Below the pieces are notes generated by a model. It was given only the letters and a program-made list of their open reading frames with translations, was not told the origin of the DNA and searched no databases. Below, piece by piece: positions 1 through 17,010 of a stretch of 64,000 bases of DNA; position 1 is the first letter of the stretch, and each line of letters starts with the position of its first letter. The position numbers were made by a program, and so were the translations under genes. Source of the stretch: the human T2T-CHM13v2.0 reference genome, Homo sapiens; the NCBI RefSeq assembly GCF_009914755.1, contig NC_060931.1; one strand, given 5' to 3'.

Positions 1-958
1 CTCTGCCTCCTGGGCTCAAGTGATCCTCTCACGTCGGCCTCCTGAGTAGCTGGGACTACAGGTGTGTACCACCACACCCGGCTAATTTTTTGTAGTTTTT
101 TAGAGATGGGGTTTCATGAGAGGCTGATGTATAAAGCAGAGTGCCAGGTCATTCATTTGTGATGAGAACCATAACTGTCAAGTGGACTGGATACACTAAC
201 CGGTATATTCCACCTTAGGCAATCTCTGTGTAAAGTGAGTTTACTAGATTATTTAGTGACTGTACTGTAGCTGAAATAGAACGCAATGTTGCCAAATAGA
301 AAAATACTTTTACTGGGACTGAAGATAATTTTTTTTTTTGAGGCAGAGTCTCACTCTGTCGCCAGGCTGGAGTGCAGTGGCATGATCTCGGCTCACTGCA
401 ACCTCCACCTCCTGAGTAGCTGGGACTACAGGCACGTGCCACCACGCCCAGCTAATTTTTGTACTTAGAGTAAAGATGGAGTTTCAACATGTTGGCCAGG
501 ATGGTCTCAATCTCCTGACCTCATGATCAGCCTGCCTTGGCCTCCCAAAGTGCTGGGATTACAGGTGTGAGCCACCTGCTCCCTGCCCGATAATTGTTTT
601 CTTAGAGTCAATGTATTGTCTACCCAAGATGGTTTTTTGGAGGGGCACTGCCATTATTTGCCTCTCTGGCTCTCTCTTTTCCTATGTTGCTGCCACAGCA
701 AACATAACCAACTTTCTTAACACATTCTTCAGCTATCTTTATCCTCTTTAATTAGGTACTTTCAGCTATTATAGACCAGCAAGGCTTTGGTTTCATTTTA
801 AGTTGAATTTGCATTTCTCTTGTATGAACTACTGATAATTTTTACAAACGTAACTCTCAAAGAGCAGTTTTATTTTCTGCCTTCCCATGTTCTCAGGGTT
901 CATCTTAGTGTTCCTTCATGAACCTCCTACAATTGGTAATTGTTGTTGTCCTCTGCAG

Positions 959-1133
959 AGGAAACGTACTGCACATGAGCGTGCCAAGGAACTTTACAGT
1001 TCAGGGGAGTTTTCCAGTGGCAGAAAGTGGGAAGATGATGCTCCCAAGGAAGAAGTAGATACCGGGGCTGTGAACTTGATTGAGTCAGGAGCTTGTGGAG
1101 CTTTTGTTCATGGGTTGGAAGATGAGATGTATG
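959..1133 (+). pseudogene. INTS4: INTS4-like exon (~exon 10), 175 bp
   Basis: ctgcag|AGGAAACGT...GAGATGTATG|gtaagt; RKRTAHERAKELYSSGEFSSGRKWEDDAPKEEVDTGAVNLIESGACGAFVHGLEDEMY. Confidence 0.95.
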
Positions 1134-1622
1134 GTAAGTATGACTGTATAATAGCAATAGCACTCTTTAAGTGACTGCTGTGTGTCAGGCATTGTACTGG
1201 GTGATACACATGTATCGTTTCATTTAGTCCTCACAGTAACTCTGGGAAGTACTTACTATGCTTTTTATTTTACACACAGAAGAGACTGAGGCCCCAGTAG
1301 TATGAGACAATGGTAAAGAGCAAGAGATTTGGGTTCAGTCAATCTATATTTAAATTCCAGCATTTTTATAAAACAGGGATGATAATAACTATCTTTCTGA
1401 GTTGTGAGAATTAAATGAGGTTCTGTATACATAAAGCACTTGGCATAATACATGTGCCTATTTATAATAAGCACTTAATAATTGGTAATTAAAATTGATA
1501 TTAATAAAAATAATAACTTGATATTACTTACCCAGCTAGTAAGAGACAGAGCAAGATTTAAACCTAGGTATGTCTGACTGCCAAACCTTTATATGACTGA
1601 TGAATATTTTATTTCACCTTCA

Positions 1623-1958
<336 letters not shown>

Positions 1959-3259
1959 TAGAAAGATATTTTTGTGGGAATCCAATTCTAGATTAATAAG
2001 TTTTTTTTTTCCAAGAGACTTTTTTGTTTTTTGAGACAGGGTCTCACTGTGTCACCCAGGCTAGAGTGTAGTGGTGTGATCACAGCTCACTGAAGCCTTG
2101 ACTTCCTGGACCCAAGCAATCCTCCCACCTCAGCCTCTCGAGTAGCTGGGACCAGAAGCACATGTCACCATGCCCGGCTAATTTTTTAATTTTTTGCAGA
2201 GACAGGGCCTCCCTATATTGTCCAAGCCAGTCTTGAACTCCTGGGCTCAAGTGATCCTTTTGCCTTGGCCTCCTAAAGTGTTGAGATTGCGGGCGTGAGC
2301 CACTGTGCGTGGCCTCTACCAGTCTTTTAATGATATTGCTCCATAGTTTTCTGTTGAGAAATCTGCTGTCGTTTTTATCTTCCTCTGTATATAATGTGTC
2401 TTTTTATCTCAAGCTGCTTTTAAGATTTCTCTTTATCACTGGTTTTAAACAATTTGATTATGATATGCCTAGGTATAGTATAGTTCATGTCATGTTTCTT
2501 TTGTTTGGAGTTTGTTGAGCTTCTTGAATCAAATAGTTTTCATCACAGTTGGAAATTTTTTTTTGCTATTATTTCTTTCTCTCTCTTTTTTTTTCGGGGG
2601 GTGTGGCGGGGACAGAGTTTTGCCCAGGCTGAAGTGCAGTGGTGTGATCTTGGCTCACTGCAATCTCTGCATCCTGAGTTCAGGCAATTCTCGTGCTTCA
2701 GCCTCCCCAGTAGTTGGGACTGCAGGTGCCCGCCACCACTCTCGGCTAATTTCTGTATTTTTAGTAGAGACGGGGTTTTGCCATGTTGCCGAGGCTGGTC
2801 TCAAACCCCTGAGCTCAACTTATCTGCGCGCTTCAGCCTCCCAAAGTGCCGGGATTACAGGTGTGAGCCACCATACCCAGCCACTATTATTTTTTTAAAT
2901 TTCTCTGACTCTACAGGCCCTTTGGCGACTTTCATTACACATGCATTAGGATACTGACATTGTTTTGCAGCTCACTGATGCTCTATTCTTCCTTCCTTCC
3001 TTCCTTCCTTCCTTTCTTTCTCCAGTTTTTATTTTCTCTTTGTGTTTGATTTTGGATAGTATCTATTGCTTTGTCTTTGAGTGTTGCAAGATATAATCCG
3101 ATGTTAATCCCACCCAGTATATTTTTCATCTCGGACATGTAGTTTCTGTCTCTAGAAGTTTGATTAGAATTTGGGTTTTTTCCACCCTGGACCACATAAG
3201 GAGACCCTATCTCTACAAAAAATTTAAAATTAGTCAGACATGGTTGTGCATTGCCTTTA

Positions 3260-3409
<150 letters not shown>

Positions 3410-5197
3410 TTAGTATCTACCATGTCTTTCTTAACATACTTAATCTTTCCTCTAGCTTTGTCAACAGATAATATGTTTATATTGTCTTACTATCCTTGTT
3501 TACTAGGACTATTATTTCTGTGATTCCTAGGTTGGTTTTGATTGATTTTTTTTCTTCCAGTATTATATATTCATCCTGTGTATATTCCATCCTGTGTCTT
3601 TTCATGTCTGATAATTTTTAATTGGATGCCAGACATTATAGATTTCACTTTATTGGATACTGAACATTATTTTATTCCTATAAATATTTTTGAGCTTTGT
3701 TCTGGGATCCATTTTTTCAGGTCTTATACTTTGTTAGGCAGGATTAGAGTAGCATTTAGCCTACAGCTTACTTTTCTCCACTAGTGAAGCAAAAAACTCT
3801 TCTTTTTCACTACTTGAAGCACAAAACCTCTTCTTTTCTTTTTTCTCTCTCTCTTTTTTTTTTTTTTTTTTTTTTGAGACAGGATCTTGCTCTGTTGCCC
3901 AGGCTGGAGTGCCAAGGTACAGTCACGGCTCGCTGCAGCCTTGACCTCCTGGGCTCAAACAACCTTCCCACCTCAGCCTCCTGAGTAACTAGGACCACAG
4001 GTGGGCACCACCACACCTGGCTAATTTTTGTATTTTTTGTAGAGATGGGTTTTGCCATGTTGCCCAGGCCAGGCTTGAAGTCCTGGCCTCAAGCAATCCG
4101 GCCACCTCAGCCTCCCAGAGTTTTAGGATGACAGACATAAGCCACCACACCTGGCTGCAAAATTCTTCTAAGTTAACTGTGGTTTTATAGGCCCTGTGTG
4201 ACCTCTGGAGATTGTTTCCTCTCATTGTTTTGAGTGGTTCTTTTCCAGGCCTCAGATGGTCTCTGTCGCACAGATCAGAATTCAGCTGAAGACTTGAGGC
4301 GACCATCTGCAGATCTCCCAAGCTCTCTGTCTCTCTGTGTAGTTCTCTCCTTTCCAGAAATTTGCTCTATGAACTCTAGCCACATTGGACTTCCCAAACT
4401 CCTAGCTCAATCTTCTCAACTCAGGGAGAGAAGACCTAGTGCCTGGAGTCTCTCTAAACGGAATTGTAATCATTGAGATCACCTCATTTATTTCCCATCT
4501 CTCAGGGATTGCAGTCCTTTATTGCCAGATGCCCAGTGTCTGGAATGCTGTTGTTTCATATATTTTGTCTCTGTCTCATCCTTGGAGGAAAAAGCTGGTC
4601 CTCATTACTCCATCTTGTAATAGACATCCTATAAAGCCCATGTGATTTCCGTATGCTGTCTGTCTCACGTACATCTCAGAATTTCAGTGCTTTGAGATGA
4701 TTGACTCCAGCCTCTTCATTATCAGCAAGGGTAACAGACCTGGTGAGGTAATGTTGATTGTCCACGTTTTACAGTAAATTTGTGCCAGAGACCTGTGCCA
4801 GGTCTTAAAAATGCCTATACAATCATACCTCAGGATAGAACTGCTTCTTAGAAGGGCAAGAATATTATTTTTGAAAGAAAGTTTTTCATCAGTAGATGTA
4901 AGAATTGGGTTATCCTATCATTTGTTCTAAAATGTTCCATATGTATAGAAAGTAAATCTACCTCTGCTTTTTGATTCTCTATGAACTTAAAATATGAATT
5001 ACAATTTAAATAATATTGGATAATAAGGAAGTCCAGTTATTAAAACCTATTTTACTCTAAAATGAGTAACTGAAACCTATTTTGTTTCTATTAGCATTTT
5101 TGCTTTGTTGCGTTTCTACAACTGAATTTCATCACTTTTAACATTTATATGATTTAGTTATACAGTTTTCAGTTTGCCATTAAGATTTTTTAAATAC

Positions 5198-6700
5198 TTT
5201 TTTTTATACTTTTAAGTTCTGGGGTACATGTGCAGAACGTGCAGGTTTGTTACATAGGTATACACGTGCCATGGTGGTTTGCTGCACCCGTCAACCCGTC
5301 ATCTACGTTAGGTATTTCTCCTAATGCTATCCCTCCCCCAGCCCCCCACCCCCTAACAGGCCCCAGTGTGTGATGCCCCCCCACCTGCAGTGTCCATGTG
5401 TTCTCATTGTTCACCTCCCACTTATGAGTGAGAACATGCGGTGTTTGGTCTTCTGTTCTTGTGCTAGTTTGCTGAGAATGATGGTTTCCAGCTTCATCCA
5501 TGTCCTTGCAAATAACATGAACTCATCCTTTTTTATGGCTGCGTGGTATTCCATGGTGTATATGTGCCACGTTTTCTTTATCCAGTCTATCACTGATGGG
5601 CCTTTGGGTTGGTTCCAAGTCTTTACTATTGTGAATAGTGCTGCAATAAACATATGTGTGCATGTGTTTTTATAGTAGAATGATTTATAAGGCTTTGGGT
5701 ATATGCCCAGTAATGGGATTGCTGGGTCAAATGGTATTTCTGGTTCTAGATCCTTGAGGAATCGCTACACTGTCTTCCACAATGGCTGAACTAATTTACA
5801 CTCCCACCAACAGTGTAAAAGTGTTCCTGTTTCTCCACATCTTCTCCAGCATCTGTTGTTTCCTGACTTTTTAATGATCGCCATTCTAACTGGTGTGAGA
5901 TGGTATCTCACTGTGGTTTTGATTTGCATTTCTCTAATGACCAGTGATGATGAGCTTTTTTTAATATGTTTGTTGGTTGCATAAATGTCTTCTTTTGAGA
6001 AGTGTCTGTTCGTATCATTTGCCCACTTTTTGATGGGGTCATGGTTTTTTTCTTTTTTGTGTGTGTGAATTTAAGTTCCTTGTAGATTCTGGATATTAGC
6101 TCTTTGTCAGATGGATAGGTTACAAAAATTTTCTCCCATTGTGTAGGTTGCCTGTTCACTCTGATGATAGTTTCTTTTGCTGTGCAGAAGCTCTTTAGTT
6201 TAATTAGATCCCAGTTGTCAATTTTGGCTTCGTTGCCGTTGCTTTTGGTGTTTTAGTCATGAAGTCTTTGCCAATGCCCGTGTCCTGAATGGTATTGCCT
6301 AGATTTTCTTCTAGGGTTTTTATGGTTTTAGGTCTTACATTTAAGCCTTTAATCCATCTTGAGTTAATTTTTGTATAAAGTATAAGGAAGGGATCCAGTT
6401 TCAGTTTTCTGCGTATGGCTAGCCAGTTTTCCTAACACCATTTATTAAATAGAGAATCCTTTCCCTGTTGGTTGTTTTTGTCAGGTTTGTCAAAGATCAG
6501 ATGGTTGTAGATGTGTGGTGTTATTTCTGAGGGCTCTGTTCTGTTCCATTGGTCTATATATCTGTTTTGGTACCAGTACTATGCTGTTTTGGTTACTGTA
6601 GCCTTGTAGTATAGTTTGAAGTCAGGTAGCGTGAGGCCTCCAGCTTTGTTCTTTTTGCTTAGAATTGTCTTGGCTATGTGGGCCCTTTTTTGGTTCCATA
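5198..6700 (-). mobile_element. 5'-truncated L1PA (L1PA7/8-like) 3' end, ~1.5 kb
   Basis: L1 3' UTR plus ORF2 C-terminal peptides on the - strand ([27 protein letters not shown]). Confidence 0.92.
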
Positions 6701-7470
6701 CTAGTATATATATTTAAGGGGTACATGAGATGTTTTGATACAGGCATGAAATATGAAATAATCACATCATATAGATAGGTATCCATCTCCTCAAGGATTT
6801 ATCCTTCGTGTTGCAAATGTTATTAAGATGTAATCAAATTAACTTAAGTTTAAAAAGTGAGTATACCATAACCAGGTATCAGGTATGACAGCTTTCTAAT
6901 TTTATCACATTTATACAATTCTGGGAAAATTTGGGTTTTAGGGGTGCATTGCTGGGAATGAAATGGAGCCTTATTTCGCTGGCTGTTCACTCTAGTGTAG
7001 TGCCTCACATACTTCTAGTCTTCTAATTTATCCATCTTCTCTCTCCTTTTTGGGACTTTGTGCATGCAGCTTTTCTTCTAGAAAGGCCTTTTTCTTTCTT
7101 TTGGCTTAGCAGCTCTTTTAGTTATTGTTTTTAGGGATCACGTATTACAGAAAGCCACCTCTGATCCCATTGATTGGGCTATATTTCTTCATATGCATTT
7201 TCTTACATTCCCTGTGCTTTTCCATGGCAACAGTCATCACTCTGTAATGCAATTAACTGTTCTTATTTGTAAGCCTGGGGGATAGTCTTGCTTTTGTTCA
7301 TCTTTGTGTCTTTAGTACTAAGTACAAACCTAATAGGTAGCTAAGTCTGGACCCAATTATACATGTGCAGATGCTGAGGATCAGTCTTTTTTAAAATATA
7401 GTATAGTAGATTCCTTTTCTCTGCTCTGTACCCATGGGGAATCTGTGACATATTATTTATTTATTTTTAA

Positions 7471-7716
<246 letters not shown>

Positions 7717-9241
7717 TGAGGTCACACTGATTATCTCTTTCTGATCAGAAATTCCTTCCTGATTGCCTTGGTGGACTTGCAAACGTTACATATGAGTCAG
7801 TGTGGTGTAATGGTTAAAATTCTAGGAGGAAGAGCCAGCACTTAACATGTTTGGGTTTATCTCTAGCTTGCCTTATAATTAGCAATTTCATGTTTAAATT
7901 ATATTATTGTGAAATGAAGAAAATTGTTCTCTTCTGATGAAAAGGAGGAATTCATAACTACCAAGAAAAACCTGAATCATCTGTCTTTAATGTAGTAACT
8001 CTACTTTTAACATGTCTATAAAACCTTTCTTTATACAAAGAGGAAATTGTGTTTGTGAGTTTTAACCACAACTTTAGGTACTTTTTGTTTTGTTTGTTTT
8101 GGAATAGTCCATTTTGTTACAGAAGCATATGGGAATCACTAGAAAAAAACAACCATGTATAGAAGTCTTGTGAGCATTTTCTGTGTCTTACTCATTTCTC
8201 CTCTTTGTATCCTAGCCCTTAGTACTGCACCTAGCATATAGTACGTGTTCAGGACCCATTTATTAGTGAATGAAGAAAGGGCTTCCTCGGATCAGTGGCT
8301 TTATTGTTTACATGTTCTGAGCATGCCAAGGGGTGGAAAACATGCCTCTGTTTTCAGGGTGCTTACAGAACCCAAACCTATACCCTAGGTGATACTTATT
8401 GAGCCCTTAAAATATGCCAGGCAGAGTCCCTATGTGCTTTACCTGTATTATCTCATTTAGTCCTAACAACTCTGTAAGGAAATGAGTATTATGTCCATTT
8501 ACCAGGTGAGAAATTTGAGGTGCCAGGAAGTTGAGTTACTTATTCAAGATCACCCTCCAACTTAGTGGAGGGATCATTCACTACAGTGTGCTCTGAGACC
8601 TCTATCATTCCAAGCATGTATCCTTAACCACTATATGATTTTAGCCTACAATCAACAGACCTGAGTATTGGTCCTATTCCTGCCCTCATTCACTTTGAGG
8701 CAAGTTAATCCACGTTGCTGAATCTTACCTGTAAAATTCGAACAATGATATTTAGTCTACTTTAATCTTAATAATAATGATAACATTATTTACTAACTGA
8801 CTTTTTAAAAAGTACTGTGGTCGGAATACTGAGATAAGTAAGACAATTTAATTTTCAAGAAGTTAATGTAGACAGACATGTAGACAGACTCATCACATAT
8901 ATGTGGAGTCAGATTTAAGCCATAGTCCTTGTGATACTAAAGTCCATGTTCTTAGATCGATGTTAAGGTGGGTGGTATGTGAAACTGTGGGCATAGAGAT
9001 CTCCCAGGGAGAGTTTATAGAATGAGAGGAGTAGAGAATAGAAGACAGCCTGAAGGAGAAGGAATCCATCTTGGACTTTTCCCATGGCTCTTAATTTGAT
9101 ATGAGTTACTTTATATATATATAAAATATGGGGCTTCAGTGTGTTGCTCAGGCCAGCCTTGAACTCCTGAGCTCAAATGATCCTCCCACCTCAGCTTCCT
9201 GAGTAGCTGGGACTTTGGTGTATGGCATTGCACCTGGCTGA

Positions 9242-9611
<370 letters not shown>

Positions 9612-9758
9612 TAATATTTTTGGTAGAAACAGAGTTTTACCACATTGCATAGGCGGGCTCAAGTGGTCTGCCTACCTTGGCCTCCCAAAGTGTTGGGATT
9701 ACAGGCATGAGCCACTGTGCCCAGCCTGATGTGCAATTTCATTTGTTCTTTTTTCTAG

Positions 9759-9963
9759 AGGTTCGTATTGCTGCTGTGGAGGCCCTCTGCATGTTGGCCC
9801 AGTCTTCACCCTCTTTTGCTGAGAAGTGCCTTGATTTCCTAGTTGACATGTTCAACGATGAAATTGAGGAAGTACGTCTGCAGTCCATACATACCATGAG
9901 AAAATCTCTAACAACATCACCCTCCGAGAAGATCAGCTTGACACTGTCCTGGCTGTGCTAGAG
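9759..9963 (+). pseudogene. INTS4: INTS4-like exon (~exon 11), 205 bp, with 1-bp deletion frameshift
   Basis: ttctag|AGGTTCGT...CTAGAG|gtgagt; [15 protein letters not shown]...HTMRK, after which the INTS4 sequence [19 protein letters not shown] continues in a shifted frame. Confidence 0.95.
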
Positions 9964-11391
9964 GTGAGTGTTCCTAATTTGTTACTCATTTCTTCATCCC
10001 TCACCCCCCCCCCCGTTAAAATCAGGTATTGGTGACAGAACAGTATATCGGGCAGCACAGTTCTGTTTTCTCACCATATCCCTCCCCTAAGATGGAAGAA
10101 ATTGACTGTGAAACAGGAAATTTGAATAAGCTTGGTCTTTCTGTGATCAAGAAAGGATAGGATGCCTAGGGAATACATAGTGTCTAACCTGAATTGGCTG
10201 AGGTGAGGTTGGGAAGAAGGAGGAAGTGCTGTAGTGGACACTTGAAGGAGGAATAGGACTTAACTGGGCTTTTTTTTTTCCTTCTTCTTTTGAGACAGGG
10301 TCTCACTCTGTCACTCAAGCTGAAGTGCATCTTTTTTAAAGGAGAAGTGACACTGGTGGTAGGATGAAAGGGTACCAGACAGAGGGAGCAATGTCTAAAG
10401 ATGCAGAGATAAGACAGAATATGATATATTCAAGGAACTAAAAAGAGTTTATTATAATGATAGCGTAGAGTTGAAGAGATGGAAGAGTGGAGGAAGTGGC
10501 TATAGATAAGGTAGGGGCTAAATAATGAAGAGTTCTTTTCAACCTTTAATTTGATTTTATTCTTGTAGTGAATCATAGGCTGTTATAGCAGCAAGTGCTC
10601 TTAGGGATTGATTCATTCTACCCTGAGAATTTTATAGAGAAAAAAATAAGTTGTCTGAGTTAGTGGCTGAACCAAAATGTAAACACAGAGTTGCTTCCCA
10701 GGCCGTACAGCTCTAGGTAGTTCTTGTATTATTTTTCTAAAATGTCTGGATTTTAATTGCAACTACTCAAGTTCTTCAGAGTATTCATAAATGGGGTTTG
10801 TCCTCTGGTTTCCTTTTTGGGGAAGATGGGGTTCAGATGTGAAAGGGATAGTAATTAGGTGCTTAGTTTTTAGAACACTTGTAACAGATTTCTACTGCAT
10901 ACTTTAAAGAATAGCTGGTGCTTTGGTTTTGAAGGTCCCTACCATTCTCTCAGCTGCTTAGCACTTCTACTAAGATTTTTCCTGAATTATAAATCTTTAT
11001 AATTTTTTCATGTATTTTTTCCTAAAAATAAGTTTACATTCTATGTGTGGTTCTTCATGGGTGGCCTCATACATAGCCTAGCCACTCCTTTCCTTTTTAG
11101 CTTTCTTCTCCACCATTCCTCACCTTGAACTTTATGCTGAAGTCACTTTCCTACACATATGGCTTTTCCTCACAATTTTACCTTCAATGTAATTTCCCCC
11201 TCAGTTTGCAAAACTGCCACTTTAACCCAGGAGACGTCCACTTATTCCCACAGCCTATATTAGGTAACATATCCAGGAAGCCTTCCCTAACTGTTACTCC
11301 CAGCCCTGGATGGGCTAAATGCCACCACTCTATTCCCATAGCACTCTGTGTATACTGCTCTAGCATTTTTCAGTAATTCTCTGTTTCATAA

Positions 11392-11806
<415 letters not shown>

Positions 11807-12239
11807 TGAGCCACCGTGCCCAGCTGACTCTTCATTTTTTTATTACCAATGTCTTGCAGCAGTGTCTGGCACAATTAGGTGCTCGGCAAGTGTTTGCTGA
11901 GTAGCTGAGCTATGTTCCAAGCTATGTTTTGATGTACAGAATTGTTCACAGGTATGCTTATTTGTGAGTACTTATGTATATAACTCACAAAGAATCCTTG
12001 CTTTTTAATTCTTTTCAGGAGTTCAGACCCATATAAACTTACAGTAGACTATTCTTCCACCCTGCTGTGCACTGCTCCCTTATATTTTCTGTGTCACTGT
12101 GCTTCATTGCTTTGAGCCTTACCTTGCTGACCCTTCCAGGTGGAATTTGCCTTTTTTTTTTTTTCCTGCTATGTCAAGATCCTACCCTGCCTAGAAAAAC
12201 TCACTTCTTTATTCAACAAGCACTGTCTATGTATTAGAA

Positions 12240-12730
12240 ATATAGGGATATCAAAACAGACAGGATCCCTGCTGTCATAAAACTTATATTCTAAAGAGAG
12301 GTGGAGTAAACAAACAAAATGATTTCAGATGGTGATAAATGTTTTGCAGAAGATAAACAGTATGATGGAGGAATGGGGAATTTCTCTGTAATTTGAGTGG
12401 TTAGTAAAGACTTTCTGAGGAGATGATGTTCAAGTTGAGTCTTGAATGGTAAACAGAAGCTAGCTATGTGAAGACCGGGAGAATAAATTCAGGTAGAGGC
12501 AACAGCTAGTGGGAAGGCTCTAAAACACAAGTGAGCTTTGTTGTGTTTGCAGAATAGAGAGAAAGCCAGTAGGAGTGAACCACAGTGAGAAAGTAGAAAT
12601 GTGGCATGAAATGAAGTCTGAGAGGGGATTAGGGAGAGGTGGAGAGCCTTGTAGGCCATTTTAAGATGTCTGGATTTTATTCTAACATTATGGAAAACTG
12701 TTGCAGAATTTTATGGATAGGAGTGACATT
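12240..12730. mobile_element. L2 (LINE2) fragment
   Basis: Purine-rich L2-like phrases (GGAGAGCCTTGTAGGCCATTTTAAG...GGATTTTATTCTAA); boundaries approximate. Confidence 0.6.
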
Positions 12731-12826
12731 TCGATTTGCCTCTCTTTTAACATTTCTCATTCTTGAAATCTTGAAATTCACTTCAGATAGATCGACTCTT
12801 TCCCTCACTCCTCCATTTAGCACATA

Positions 12827-13157
12827 CAGGTATACCTCTCTTTATTGGGCTTTGCAGATATTGTATTTTTTTAATAAATTGAGAGATTGCGGCAACCATG
12901 CATTGAGCAAGTCTATCAGTGCCATTTTTCCAATAGCATGTGCTCACTTTATGTCTGTGTCACATTTTGGTAATTCTTGCAATATTTCAAACTTTTTCAT
13001 TATTACATCTGTTACAGTGATCTGTGATCAGTGATCTTTGATGTTACTGTTGTAATTGCTTTGGGATGCCACAAACTGTGCCTGTATAAGATGGCAAACT
13101 TAGTAAGTGTGTGTGTTCTGAGTGTTCTGCTAACTGGCCATTCCCAGCCTCTCTCTT
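12827..13157 (+). mobile_element. Tigger1 5' end fragment (TcMar-Tigger)
   Basis: TA followed by CAGGTATACCTC TIR and Tigger1-like internal sequence (GCAAGTCTATCAGTGCCATTTTTCCAA...GATCTGTGATCAGTGATCTTTGATG). Confidence 0.85.
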
Positions 13158-13460
13158 AGCCTTTCTTCTTCGCCTGTCCTTTTTCCTAGTTGCAAAAAGG
13201 CTCTTGTACCTTCAGCATCATGATTGAGTCCCAGATAGGATGGAAAAGGAAGGTTAAAGAAGAAAGGGGATAAAGCTACTGCCTCTGGTCCTTTATCAAT
13301 AAAATGAAAGATATTTCAGGAATTTCATCCAAAAAACTTCCACATACTTTGTTACATGGCCACCCTAGATGGGAAGGTGGCTGGGGAGAAGGGGATGGTA
13401 GATAGAGGCTGAGTCTGCTAACCAACAGTAACTACTATTATTATTACTTTTTTTTAAAAG

Positions 13461-13603
13461 GATTCAGCCAGAGATATTCGAGAGGCTCTTCATGAACTCT
13501 TATGCTGTACTAATGTTTCAACCAAAGAAGGGATTCATCTTGCATTGGTGGAGCTGCTGAAAAATTTAACCAAGTACCCTACTGATAGGGACTCCATATG
13601 GAA
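13461..13603 (+). pseudogene. INTS4: INTS4-like exon (~exon 12), 143 bp
   Basis: taaaag|GATTCAGCC...TGGAA|gtaatg; DSARDIREALHELLCCTNVSTKEGIHLALVELLKNLTKYPTDRDSIW. Confidence 0.95.
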
Positions 13604-13939
13604 GTAATGACTTTTTTGCCCATTTACTCACTGAGTCGCATAATGTGGTAAATGTACAATGCTGACATTTGTTCCGTCCTTATAGATTGAGGGTGGTACG
13701 GCCCTGAATTTTGCCTTTACTTTAGAAACCTGATTGAACTTAACCGCTCTCAGGAATCTGATTCCTAAGCTGAATATCACATTTTAGATTACTTACTAAT
13801 TTGTGCATCTATCCACCTAGCAAATATTATGTGCCTGCTGTGTGCTGACTACGCACCAACCCTTGTGGTAGCTGTTACAAGTATAGAAATAAATTAATTA
13901 GATTTCCTCTTTCTCCTATATAGTGTTTTGTTTTGTTAC

Positions 13940-14652
<713 letters not shown>

Positions 14653-15015
14653 TCAGGTAGTTATAATAGCTAACATTGAGTTCTTACTATGTGACAGACA
14701 CTTTGCTGAGTACTTTATGTTAGTTATTTAATGCATATAGCAACTCTATGAAGTAATGACTTTTAATCTCATTTTGTAGATGAAAAAATTTACTTGCATA
14801 AGGCTACTTAGTTTCAGACAGATCTGTGATTTCAGGACTTCACCCAGGATATCAATTAGAATATTTTTGCCCACAAATAAAAAAGACAATCTGATTAAAA
14901 ATATCTTAGCCAATAAGTCTGTTTTTTCATAACGAGGTCAGAAGGTTGGTTTCAGGATTGGTCATTCAACAGGTTACCAGGGCTCTCTTTGGTTTCTCTG
15001 CAGTTCTCTTGGCTC

Positions 15016-15315
15016 TTTTTTTTTTTTTTTTTTTTTTGAGACAGAGTCTCTCTTTATCGCCAGGGTGGAGTGCATTGGCATAATATCGGCTCACTGAACC
15101 TCCGCCTCCCAGGTTCAAGCGATTCTCCTGCCTCAGCCTCCCGAGTAGCTGGGACTACAGGCCCGTGCCGCCATGCCCAGCTAATTTTTGTATTTTTAGC
15201 AGAGATGGGGTTTCACCATGTTGGCCAGGATGGTCTTGATCTCTTGACCTCCTGATCCAGCCATCTTGGCCTCACAAAGTGTTGGGATTATAGGCGTGAG
15301 GCACCGCACCCGGCC
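15016..15315 (-). mobile_element. Alu
   Basis: Antisense dimeric Alu. Confidence 0.9.
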
Positions 15316-15881
15316 GGCTTTCTTCTCATGGTTGTAAGATGGCTGCCTCATAAGATAATATCTCAAGACAGAAAGGAAGGGTCATTCCCTTTCATGCATT
15401 GCTCTTTTGATTTGCAAAAACATCCCTGAGAAGCTCCCCAGCCAGCATACTCTCGTGCTCCATTGTCTAGAACTGGCTTACTTGCGTACCAGCAAACCAG
15501 TCACTGGAAAATGGGAATGGGGTTGCCATGATGGGTTTAGACCAATAGTGGTTCAGCTCTTGGGCTGGACCTGCCTTTTCCGAGCACTTTGCTGCCTGCC
15601 TGATACCTGAGTAAAATCAGGGCTCTCTCAGGAAGAAAGATGGGGGAAATGGCTGTTGGTTAAATAAACAGTTCTTTTATCTTTATAATAACCAGTTTTT
15701 TTAGATGAATTAACCAAGTTCCAGAATAACTGGGTGACTTATCTGAAGTCATAGAGTTAGCAAAAGTATATGGTTGAGAATTTCCAATTCCAGTTCAGGT
15801 TTTCTGATTCCAGTTCCTAGTACTTTTCAAAGGACTAACTTTACTAATTTGTTGATGTGCATTCTTATTTGTTTGTTTCAG

Positions 15882-15997
15882 GTGCTTGAAGTTTCTGGGA
15901 AGTCGGCATCCAACCCTGGTGCTTCCCTTGGTGCCAGAGCTTCTGAGCACCCACCCATTTTTTGACACAGCTGAACCAGACATGGATGATCCAGCTT
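15882..15997 (+). pseudogene. INTS4: INTS4-like exon (~exon 13), 116 bp
   Basis: tttcag|GTGCTTGAAG...CCAGCTT|gtatcc; CLKFLGSRHPTLVLPLVPELLSTHPFFDTAEPDMDDPA. Confidence 0.95.
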
Positions 15998-16876
<879 letters not shown>

Positions 16877-17010
16877 ATATTGCAGTTTTGGTACTTATTT
16901 TCAATGCTGCTAAAACCTGTCCAACAATGCGAGCATTGTTCTCAGATCACACCGTCAGGCACTATGCCTACCTCCGAGACAGTCTTTCTCATCTTGTTCC
17001 TGCCTTGAGG
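16877..17010 (+). pseudogene. INTS4: INTS4-like exon (~exon 14), 134 bp
   Basis: tatcag|ATATTGCA...TTGAGG|gtatgt; YIAVLVLIFNAAKTCPTMRALFSDHTVRHYAYLRDSLSHLVPALR. Confidence 0.95.
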
